IMG/VR virus record: IMGVR_UViG_3300008255_000351
Span: 1-30,209 of that record
Strand: one strand, 5' to 3'
Length of the DNA: 30,209 nt
Source of the DNA: a virus
Lineage: Duplodnaviria > Caudoviricetes
The translations under genes and the position numbers were made by a program. Under the pieces are notes generated by a model. The model saw only the letters and a program-made list of their open reading frames with translations, had not been told where the DNA came from and did not search any database. This document shows, piece after piece, positions 16,260 through 22,985 of this stretch. Every line of letters starts with the position of its first letter. The first letter of the stretch is position 1.

Positions 16260-16327
16260 TCTCCTCTCAGGTGACCGGCGCGGTGTTGTGCCGGAGTGGG
16301 CGCCGAGCCCGTGAGGGCTCGACGTCC
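16260..16327 (-). repeat. structured leader, copy C
   Basis: ggacgtcgagcc-ctcacg-ggctcggcgccc ACT ccggc-acaacaccgc-gccgg tcacct GAGAGGAG. Confidence 0.85.
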
Positions 16328-16333
16328 TGGGTG

Positions 16334-16627
16334 CTACCACCAGGCGGGGAAGTGCCTGGGGTTGCCGTTGCGTTTGAACGCAACGAACAGTGGGCGGATC
16401 CGGTAGCGGCCGTTGCGGGGCTTGTCGTACACCTTCGCTCGGCGGGTCACGGTGAACGTGAAGCCCGGGATGTACGAGACCCACGCCCTGGTTCGCCACC
16501 AGGGGTCGTGAATCGAGTGGCCGTGCCAGGGCCAGTCGTAGGCCCGGTACCCGGCGCCCCGCTTGAACGGAACGAACCGGAACTGCCATCCAGGCCCGTG
16601 GGGGTTGCGATCCAATTTGATCTGCAC
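16334..16627 (-). CDS. early-array basic, aromatic-rich protein
   Basis: ACGAGAGGAG SD, GTG start. Confidence 0.7.
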   Translation of the reverse strand: MQIKLDRNPHGPGWQFRFVPFKRGAGYRAYDWPWHGHSIHDPWWRTRAWVSYIPGFTFTVTRRAKVYDKPRNGRYRIRPLFVAFKRNGNPRHFPAWW

Positions 16628-16633
16628 TCTTGA

Positions 16634-16698
16634 TCTCCTCTCGTTGACCAGGCGGTAGTGCCTGGAGTGGACGCCGGACCCTCTCAGGTCCGGCGCCC
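16634..16698 (-). repeat. structured leader, copy D
   Basis: gggcgccggacc-tgagag-ggtccggcgtcc ACT ccaggc-actacc-gcctgg tca ACGAGAGGAG. Confidence 0.85.
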
Positions 16699-16766
16699 GG
16701 GTACTTGGGGGCTCTCCCCGTCAGCCGAGGAGAAGTAGGCGCCAGGGCCGAGCCCCCGATGCAGAA

Positions 16767-16970
16767 TCAGGCAGGCACGACCGTGATGCTCATGTCCACG
16801 GCATCCCCGTGCGGATCGATGACGTCCTCGGCGACCTTCAGGGCGCCTTCCAGGGTCACGAACCCCTGAACGGCATCGTCCAGGTAGAACGTCGGAAGGT
16901 CATGCCAGATGGCGTCCTCGGGGTAGCCCTGCATGCGCGCTACGCGCGCGCTGACAGCCCATAAGCTCAT
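16767..16970 (-). CDS. early-array hypothetical protein
   Basis: ACGAGAGGAG SD; MSLWAVSARV... Confidence 0.7.
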   Translation of the reverse strand: MSLWAVSARVARMQGYPEDAIWHDLPTFYLDDAVQGFVTLEGALKVAEDVIDPHGDAVDMSITVVPA

Positions 16971-16975
16971 TGTGA

Positions 16976-17039
16976 TCTCCTCTCGTGGTTGCAGCGGTGT
17001 TGCTGCAGTGGACCCGGTATCCCTTCGGATACCAGGCCC
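16976..17039 (-). repeat. structured leader, copy E
   Basis: gggcctggtatc-cgaagg-gataccgggtcc ACT gcagc-aacacc-gctgc aacc ACGAGAGGAG. Confidence 0.85.
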
Positions 17040-17043
17040 GGGG

Positions 17044-17301
17044 TCACGCGCTCTTTGCGAGCGCCTCCAGGGCCTCCAGGGGCCCGCCGATGTGGGTCGG
17101 GACCGTGCCGCCGCGACGGTTGTACTCGCGCAGGGCTGCGGTCATGAACCCGTATCGGTCCTCCAGTGTCCCGTCCGCCAGCTGGACCTGAATGGCCGCT
17201 GGCAGCTCCAGGAACAGGTCCTGGATGACTGGGTCGGCCTGTAGCAGCTTGCGGGTCTCCCCGTACTGCTCGGACTCGATGACGCCGATGTGGTTGCTCA
17301 T
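17044..17301 (-). CDS. early-array protein, paralog of 15599-15877
   Basis: MSNHIG...DPVI...YNRRGGTVPTHIGGPLEALEALAK. Confidence 0.75.
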   Translation of the reverse strand: MSNHIGVIESEQYGETRKLLQADPVIQDLFLELPAAIQVQLADGTLEDRYGFMTAALREYNRRGGTVPTHIGGPLEALEALAKSA

Positions 17302-17306
17302 GGTGT

Positions 17307-17372
17307 TCTCCTCTCGTGAACCGCACCGGGATGGTGCGGAGTGGACCCTCCCCGTGCGACCGGGAAGGATCC
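17307..17372 (-). repeat. structured leader, copy F
   Basis: ggatccttcccg-gtcgca-cggggagggtcc ACT ccgcacc-atccc-ggtgcgg ttc ACGAGAGGAG. Confidence 0.85.
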
Positions 17373-17379
17373 TGGGCTC

Positions 17380-17961
17380 TCACAGGCCCCAAGCGTCGAG
17401 CAGGGCTCGACCCACAGGGCCAGGGGTACGGACCACCTGACGGTCCGGGTACTTGCCCGCCACATGGGCTGCGGCGAGCTGGTAGACGGACTCGCAGAAC
17501 AGTGCGTCCCGGACCGCCTGGGAACCGATCCCGGCGGCCTGGGCCCTGAACAGCTCGACCTCGTCGTCAGCCGTGAAGCTGAGCCCGTGGTCGATGTGTG
17601 CCGTGTCGTGCCAGACCCTGAACCGCAGGTTGTCGTCCCGGCTGAACACCGGGTGGTCGTGCCACAGGTCAGAGACCTGCAGCTTCAGCGGGGTGACGAT
17701 CGACTCGTCGTAGGCCGTGACCATGGCCTCGAAGTCGACGTACGGCGTGTCGTCCTCGACCGCCTCCCAGACCGATGCACGGCCCAGGCACCAGACGAGG
17801 GTGACCCCGTCCTCGGTGATCGTCCTGGTGCGTTCTCCGACGTAGTCGGCGAGCGCCTCGGCGTTGGTCACCGACTCGATCCCCAGGTAGCCGTCCGCAG
17901 CCCCTCGCAGGGCCTTGTTGTACTCGGCGGCCAGGGCCTGCCATGTCGCGTTGCTGAGCAT
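17380..17961 (-). CDS. early-array protein with a putative metal-binding motif NxxFRxWHDxxH...E
   Basis: HPVFSRDDNLRFRVWHDTAHIDHGLSFTADDE. Confidence 0.75.
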   Translation of the reverse strand: MLSNATWQALAAEYNKALRGAADGYLGIESVTNAEALADYVGERTRTITEDGVTLVWCLGRASVWEAVEDDTPYVDFEAMVTAYDESIVTPLKLQVSDLWHDHPVFSRDDNLRFRVWHDTAHIDHGLSFTADDEVELFRAQAAGIGSQAVRDALFCESVYQLAAAHVAGKYPDRQVVRTPGPVGRALLDAWGL

Positions 17962-17967
17962 GATGTT

Positions 17968-18034
17968 TCTCCTCTCGTGGTAGCTGGCAGGGTTGCCAGC
18001 GGTGGGCGCCGAGCCCGTGAAGGGCTCGACGTCC
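17968..18034 (-). repeat. structured leader, copy G (7-nt loop, ACC linker)
   Basis: ggacgtcgagcc-cttcacg-ggctcggcgccc ACC gctggc-aaccct-gccagc tacc ACGAGAGGAG. Confidence 0.85.
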
Positions 18035-18042
18035 TGGGGTGT

Positions 18043-18318
18043 TCACCAGCCGTCGGCTTCCTCGATCCAGGGACCGAGGTGGTGGGCGTCAGCGATCGCC
18101 CAGGCCGGTGCGAACGCCGAGCCCCGGTAGGCCACCGAGGTGGGTAGCTCGATCGATCGATCGGGCTCGTCCTCGGCGTAGGCATCGATCGCAGCGATGC
18201 ACACCGGGACCATCGACGCCGGGACCGGCGGGTAGTGGTTGTGCTGGAGGTGCCACCGGATGGCGGTCTCCAGGTCCACGCCGGACTCGGCGATCTCTTG
18301 AGCGTGTAGTGCTCCCAT
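18043..18318 (-). CDS. early-array phage hypothetical protein (HLxxNHYPPVP...HHL)
   Basis: ACGAGAGGAG SD; WHLQHNHYPPVPASMVPVCIAAIDA...AHHL. Confidence 0.75.
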   Translation of the reverse strand: MGALHAQEIAESGVDLETAIRWHLQHNHYPPVPASMVPVCIAAIDAYAEDEPDRSIELPTSVAYRGSAFAPAWAIADAHHLGPWIEEADGW

Positions 18319-18325
18319 GATGGGT

Positions 18326-18390
18326 TCTCCTCTCGTGAAGCCAGCGGTAGTGCTGGCAGTGGACCGGCGAGCGGTGAAGCTCGCAGGCCC
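18326..18390 (-). repeat. structured leader, copy H
   Basis: gggcctgcgagc-ttcacc-gctcgccggtcc ACT gccagc-actacc-gctggc ttc ACGAGAGGAG. Confidence 0.85.
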
Positions 18391-18393
18391 TGG

Positions 18394-18666
18394 TCAGACC
18401 TTGCGGACCTTCCGGGCGACGACCTCGCAGCGGGACTGCGTGGCGCCAGCCACCCGGAAGAACCGGGTCGAGACCTTGCCCTCGACCCGCACTGACCGAC
18501 CGGCCTCGACCTTGAAGGTCGGGTGGTACCAGGCCACGGGGACCGTGTCCTGGGTTCCCTCGGGTGAGGTCGTGGTGACGTGGAACGTGGTCCACGGCTC
18601 GCCGCTCGGGCTCTCACGCCGTACGGCGTCGGCCACGACGAACCCCTCGATCCTGACGGTGTTCAT
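18394..18666 (-). CDS. ssb: short OB-fold SSB/PriB-like protein lacking the acidic tail
   Basis: MNTVRIEGFV...RESPSGEPWTTFHV...DTVPVAW...GRSVRVEGKVSTR...CEVVARKV. Confidence 0.75.
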   Translation of the reverse strand: MNTVRIEGFVVADAVRRESPSGEPWTTFHVTTTSPEGTQDTVPVAWYHPTFKVEAGRSVRVEGKVSTRFFRVAGATQSRCEVVARKVRKV

Positions 18667-18670
18667 GATG

Positions 18671-18735
18671 TCTCCTCTCGTTGGGCTCGCAGGGTTGCGA
18701 GCGGTGGGCCCGGAGCCCGTCAGGGCTCCAGGTCC
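18671..18735 (-). repeat. structured leader, copy I (ACC linker)
   Basis: ggacctggagcc-ctgacg-ggctccgggccc ACC gctcgc-aaccct-gcgagc cca ACGAGAGGAG. Confidence 0.85.
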
Positions 18736-18951
18736 TCAGTTCTCCATGACGACCGCCGAGTGCCGGTAGCCACCCAGGCGGGAGCCGCAGCCCTCGCACG
18801 GTGACCACGAGAACTCGCAGTCGTCGCCCGAGTCACTGCAGGTCACCGCCACGTAGCCCTCCACGAGCCCCAAGGGCTCGCAGTCGGTCTCGTCGGCCAG
18901 CTCCCCGTTGGCGGCGAGCATGGCGCAGTCGGTGCAGATCAGGATCTCCAC
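18736..18951 (-). CDS. early-array Cys-rich acidic protein
   Basis: GTG after ACGAGAGGAG; ICTDC...FSWSPCEGCGSRLGGYRH. Confidence 0.7.
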   Translation of the reverse strand: MEILICTDCAMLAANGELADETDCEPLGLVEGYVAVTCSDSGDDCEFSWSPCEGCGSRLGGYRHSAVVMEN

Positions 18952-18956
18952 TGTGT

Positions 18957-19021
18957 TCTCCTCTCGTGATGCCGGGCGGGGTGCCCGGAGTGCCAGCAGC
19001 ACCGGCGAAGGTGCTGCGGGC
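18957..19021 (-). repeat. structured leader, copy J
   Basis: gcccgcagcacc-ttcgcc-ggtgctgctggc ACT ccgggc-acccc-gcccgg catc ACGAGAGGAG. Confidence 0.85.
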
Positions 19022-19024
19022 GGG

Positions 19025-19195
19025 TCAGACGTAGTGCTCGGGCCAGTTCTCACGCCGGTACTCGGCGAGCGACTGGCCGTCGTCCGGGGTGGCCTCCCAG
19101 TCGAGCTTCGTGCACTCCCGGCACGGGCAGTACCACAGGGGCACCTCGGGCTGACCGTTCGAGCCGCTGTTGGCGATGCAGGCGATGACGTCCAT
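19025..19195 (-). CDS. early-array small Cys protein (56 aa; not in the ORF track)
   Basis: MDVIACIANSGSNGQPEVPLWYCPCRECTKLDWEATPDDGQSLAEYRRENWPEHYV* after ACGAGAGGAG. Confidence 0.7.
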   Translation of the reverse strand: MDVIACIANSGSNGQPEVPLWYCPCRECTKLDWEATPDDGQSLAEYRRENWPEHYV

Positions 19196-19200
19196 GGTGT

Positions 19201-19267
19201 TCTCCTCTCGTTGGGCTGCAGCTCGTGCTGCAGCAGTACCCGGCCCAGGTTCGATCCTGGGCTGGGT
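19201..19267 (-). repeat. structured leader, copy K
   Basis: acccagcccagg-atcgaa-cctgggccgggt ACT gctgcagc-acga-gctgcagc cca ACGAGAGGAG. Confidence 0.85.
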
Positions 19268-19273
19268 GGGGCG

Positions 19274-19546
19274 TCACCGGGTCGCCCTGTGCGCCTCCAG
19301 GGCGCCGTAGGCCTCGACCAGAGCCGAGATCAGGTCCGGGATGGCCTCCCGGTGCACGCTGATCCGGAGCTTCGACACGGTGTCGTCGATGGTCTCCGAT
19401 GCCGTGAGGTCAGCGAAGGCCACGCCGTCGGTCTCGACGGTGAAGCCCCAGCCCTCGCCCACGCCCATCGTGGCGGCCGAGTCGAACCGTCCGGTCCGGG
19501 CCACGCACGCCGGGACCGGCTGACGGGTGATGGTTGCAGTGCTCAT
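19274..19546 (-). CDS. first early-array protein, hypothetical
   Basis: AGAGGAG SD; MSTATITRQPVPAC... Confidence 0.7.
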   Translation of the reverse strand: MSTATITRQPVPACVARTGRFDSAATMGVGEGWGFTVETDGVAFADLTASETIDDTVSKLRISVHREAIPDLISALVEAYGALEAHRATR

Positions 19547-19550
19547 GATG

Positions 19551-19618
19551 TCTCCTCTGTTCGAGCAGCGCCACCGTGGCGCTGCAGTCGACCAGCAGCC
19601 CGTGAAGGCCACCGGTCG
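19551..19618 (-). repeat. structured leader, copy L
   Basis: cgaccggtggcc-ttcacg-ggctgctggtcg ACT gcagcgcc-acggt-ggcgctgc tcgaac AGAGGAG. Confidence 0.85.
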
Positions 19619-19619
19619 G

Positions 19620-19835
19620 TGAGAAGAGAGGAAGCCCCTCCAGCGTGGCTGGTTCGTCCGGGGCCCGATCGGTGCCAGCTCGGCGGCACCACGAGGGGCC
19701 GTGCTCTGCTGGTCCTGCCCACCAGGGCCGTCCCCCACGGGTGGGGCGCTGGTGGCGGTCGAGCGGCTCTTGAGCCCGGGCGCTGTCCCCGGGTGGGCTC
19801 TGGCCTCGGTGTCCTCGCTGGGTCGATCGGCCTGA
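19620..19835 (-). ncRNA. candidate structured 5' leader RNA of the early transcript
   Basis: No credible ORF; long-range pairing GGCCGAUCG/CGAUCGGGCC encloses several GC hairpins. Confidence 0.4.
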
Positions 19836-19839
19836 CACC

Positions 19840-19869
19840 AGTAGAAGCAGACCAGTCCTGGACTGTCAA
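19840..19869 (-). promoter_or_regulatory. probable early promoter with a perfect operator in the spacer
   Basis: TTGACA (19869-19864) overlapping the palindrome CAGTCCAGGACTG (19853-19865); -10 is non-consensus (TTCTAC/TCTACT). Confidence 0.65.
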
Positions 19870-20020
19870 GGGGTCTGACCAGGGATTATGCGAAATCTTT
19901 CCGGGACTGGTGCGCCACCAGGGCCAGGGCCAAGCCACCAGGTGCGCCCACCAGGGTGCTCGGAGAGCACTGCTCTCTACCCAGCCCCGTCCTGTCACTC
20001 GACCCGCTGGGTTGGATGCC

Positions 20021-20050
20021 CATGCATGACCATGCATGATCATGCATGCC
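20021..20050. repeat. three 10-bp tandem repeats of CATGCATG(AC/AT/CC)
   Basis: catgcatgac catgcatgat catgcatgcc. Confidence 0.8.
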
Positions 20051-20416
20051 TGGGCTCGACTGGGGCCAGGGCCCTGCCACGGTGAGTGGTGCCGGGCTCG
20101 CCGGGCGCCCGGCCGGGCCCTCGGAGCCCGTGCCTGCTGCGTCACCAGAGAAACAGGGTTCTCCCTGGGGCGATGCGGTCGTCGAGGCCCCCCTCGACCC
20201 CTGGCCGGACCGGGGTCCATAAGGTGGGGTCCCGATCAATCGTAGTAGGGGCACCGGTAATCCGCGTGACAGGTGACGGGGTCATAAGGGCGTCTCCTGG
20301 GGCCTGTCACTGGTGTGACGCTGGTGCTGTCACCGGCCACTGTGTGTGGTTCCTGGTCACTCAGGGTGGTATCTGTGTTGCAGTTCTGTTACAATGTGCC
20401 CTAGGCGATTACGAAA

Positions 20417-20438
20417 CCAGTCCCGGATCTGGTACAGT
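20417..20438 (+). promoter_or_regulatory. partial operator plus extended -10 promoter for the late operon
   Basis: CCAGTCCCGGA-TC-TGG-TACAGT. Confidence 0.6.
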
Positions 20439-20790
20439 GGGGGGACTACAGGGGGGCCCCAGGGTGAGCCGCACAGCGGCGGCTCACACCAGGTGAACCA
20501 GGGGCGGCGGAGCGCCAAGCGCAGCCGCCACCAGGATACCGGGCCAGGCCCGGGCACTCGGGAGGACTGTGTCCTCCCTCCAGTTGAGACTGGTCCGCCT
20601 CTCGGCGCGAAGCGGAGCTTCGCCCCTCCAGGCTCCAGGTCCAGGGGACCTGTGCCTCCGCGTCGCTCCGGCACTGGTCCGCTTCTCGGCCCGACCGAAG
20701 GGAGGACTGGGTACCTGGTGCGCGATGTACATCGCGCCCTGGACGACACCAGATGCGTTTCCCCGGTGCGCGCGCGGGGGTGTGTGTGCG

Positions 20791-22752
20791 ATGGGTGAGA
20801 TCCGCAAGCACTGGCAGCCGAAGAACAACTCGGAGCGCCACATGCTGCCGAAGTACCGGTCCTGGACGCTGCCCGATCGGATGCGTGAGGCGGTGCGTCT
20901 CGTCATGGACGAGGGGATCGCCCAGGCGGAGGCCGCCCGGCGGTGCGGTGTGTCTCGTCAGCGGGTGAACCTGAACGTCCGGGAGGCCCGGGAGCTGGCC
21001 GCAGAGCGCGAGGCGCGAGCGGCGGCCGCCAGGGAGCAGCGGAACCTGGCGATCGAACCGGTCACCGATGCAACGACCGTTCCAGATCTGAGCGATGTTC
21101 CGGACGCTCCGGAACAGTTCGAGGGGCCGATCCTGAAGGTCGCCCGGCGCATCCCGACGTTCCGCGAGTTCAACGAGCGGTACTTCTCGAACGAGGTCTG
21201 CCCGGACTGCGGTGTCCACCACGAGACCCCGGACTTCCACCTGCAGGTCATGGACCTGCTGGAGGACGACACGAAGCGCCTGAAGCTCATCAACTTCGCG
21301 CCGTACCACGCCAAGTCGACCCTGGCGACCGTGAAGTCCACCCTGTACGAGATCATCCTGGACCCCTCCAGCCGTACCGCGCTCATCTCGCGAGCGGGTC
21401 CGCTCGCCGAGGCGTTCCTGTACCAGATCAAGCAGCACCTGACGGACCCGGACCTGTACAACGGGGCGGCCGGGAACCTGATCGAGGAGTGGGGCCCGTT
21501 CTACAACCCGGGCTACTGGGCCGCGGACCAGATCTACATCGCTGGGCGCTCCGGCGCCCAGAAGGAACCGACCGTGTCGACCTACGGGTTCGGCAAGCAG
21601 ATCTACGGGCGCCGGTTCGACCGGATGATCTTCGACGACGTGGCGGACCTGGAGAACCAGAACACGCCCGAGTCGATCGCGAAGATGTACAAGAAGATCT
21701 GGCAGGAGTACTCGAACCGGGTCGGCAAGACCGGGCGCCTGATCTTCGTCGGGACGCGCGTCGCGTCCGGTGACATCTACTCGATGCTCGACGACGTGGA
21801 CGGCATGAACGTCCTGCGGTTCCCGTGCATCCTCGACGAGGAGGAGCAGGCCACGCTCTGGCCGGAGCACTTCCCGTACTCGGCCGCGGTCGCGCAACGC
21901 AACGCGATGTCGGAGGCCGACTTCCAGCTCGTGTACCAGAACATCGACATGCCGGGCCACGGCGCGTCGTTCACACAGGAGGCGTTGGACCGATCGCACG
22001 ACACCGACCGTTTCATCGGACAGTACGGGCCCAACTGGGGCCTCGTAGCCGGACTCGACCCCGCTGGCGCGAACGAGCAGGCCGGGTACACGGCCCTCGT
22101 GCTGCTCGCCGTGGACTTGGACACCGGCAGGCGTCACCTGATCGACCTGGTGAACGTGAAGCAGATGAAGGCCCCGCAGGTGATCGCCCAGGTCCTGGAG
22201 TGGGCTGACCGGTACCCGCTGCGTGAGCTGCGGGTCGAGGTGAACGGGCTGCAGGCGCAGCTCTACCAGTACAACACCGAGCTGCAGGCCGGGCTCACGG
22301 CGCGCGGTGTGCGGATCGCTCCGCACGTCACGCACAAGGGCAACAAGTGGGACCCGCAGTTCGGCGTCGAGGCGATGGCGACCCTGTACCACAACCAGAT
22401 GATCTCGACCCCGTGGGCTGACGCGAACTCCCGGAAGAAGTTCCGCGAGCTGGAGCAGCAGCTCATCCAGTTCCCGATGGGCAAGGTCTCCGACCTCGTC
22501 ATGGCGATGTGGTTCGCCGAGATCGGGTGCCGCGAGATGTTCCAGCGCACCCAGCTCCCGTCGTTCGACGGGCGCCGCAAGCTGCCCGGCCGGATCCGGC
22601 GTAACCGCGCCGTGATCGACTTCGGCAACAAGGCGGTCCGCGGTGCAACCGTCGAGGAGCAGTACGGGTTCCTGGAGGGCGGCATGCCGCACCAGCCACC
22701 GCAGCGGTTCGTGAACGTGCCGCACGAACGCCGTGAGGGGGTGACTGTGTGA
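20791..22752 (+). CDS. terL: terminase large subunit with an N-terminal HTH/coiled-coil extension
   Basis: APYHAKST (Walker A), MIFDDV (Walker B), FVGTR (coupling motif), GLDPA and SDLVMAMWFA (nuclease Asp residues); start uncertain. Confidence 0.92.
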   Translation: MGEIRKHWQPKNNSERHMLPKYRSWTLPDRMREAVRLVMDEGIAQAEAARRCGVSRQRVNLNVREARELAAEREARAAAAREQRNLAIEPVTDATTVPDLSDVPDAPEQFEGPILKVARRIPTFREFNERYFSNEVCPDCGVHHETPDFHLQVMDLLEDDTKRLKLINFAPYHAKSTLATVKSTLYEIILDPSSRTALISRAGPLAEAFLYQIKQHLTDPDLYNGAAGNLIEEWGPFYNPGYWAADQIYIAGRSGAQKEPTVSTYGFGKQIYGRRFDRMIFDDVADLENQNTPESIAKMYKKIWQEYSNRVGKTGRLIFVGTRVASGDIYSMLDDVDGMNVLRFPCILDEEEQATLWPEHFPYSAAVAQRNAMSEADFQLVYQNIDMPGHGASFTQEALDRSHDTDRFIGQYGPNWGLVAGLDPAGANEQAGYTALVLLAVDLDTGRRHLIDLVNVKQMKAPQVIAQVLEWADRYPLRELRVEVNGLQAQLYQYNTELQAGLTARGVRIAPHVTHKGNKWDPQFGVEAMATLYHNQMISTPWADANSRKKFRELEQQLIQFPMGKVSDLVMAMWFAEIGCREMFQRTQLPSFDGRRKLPGRIRRNRAVIDFGNKAVRGATVEEQYGFLEGGMPHQPPQRFVNVPHERREGVTV

Positions 22753-22985
22753 AGCGCACGTTCGACAGCTGGGAAGAGGCCGACCAGTCCCGCGAGAACC
22801 CCGACGCCGAGATGGTGTGCGGGGTCCGCATGGAGGACGAGACCGCCCGGTACTTCGTGGTGCCGCGGGAGACCTCGGACGACGAGATCGCCGAGATGGC
22901 GTTCGAGATCCGCAACGGTCGTCCCGTGTCGAACTACGAGCGCACGATCCGTGACCTGGCCGAGCGCCGCCTGGTGGACGCCTGA
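22749..22985 (+). CDS. hypothetical protein between terminase and portal
   Basis: GTGA and TGATG coupling. Confidence 0.7.
   Translation: MKRTFDSWEEADQSRENPDAEMVCGVRMEDETARYFVVPRETSDDEIAEMAFEIRNGRPVSNYERTIRDLAERRLVDA

Noticed and set aside
15528-19618. CRISPR array
   Set aside because: The repeats conserve structure rather than sequence, the 'spacers' are whole ORFs of 170-580 nt, and there is no cas operon. The Cas4-like nuclease is a common phage recombination gene.
15528-19618. Self-cleaving ribozymes (HDV/theta, hammerhead, twister) or cobalamin riboswitch fragments
   Set aside because: The loops CUCACG/UUCACG and the CCACUG/AACACCGC strings are superficially similar, but I could not build the HDV double pseudoknot, there is no CUGANGA/GAAA core, and the loop sequences vary freely between copies.
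15528-19618. Simple intrinsic terminators between genes
   Set aside because: No U-tracts follow the hairpins, and termination would not explain the fixed 12-bp length or the ACY linker. U-less actinobacterial terminators cannot be fully excluded.
19868-19896. dif-like Xer site (TTATGCGAAAT)
   Set aside because: Only one arm resembles TTATGTTAAAT; there is no matching ATAA left arm at 6-bp spacing.
20569-20790. N-terminal extension of terL as given in the ORF track
   Set aside because: The translation is atypical and low in information; ATG20791, after a G-rich SD-like stretch, is the more plausible start.
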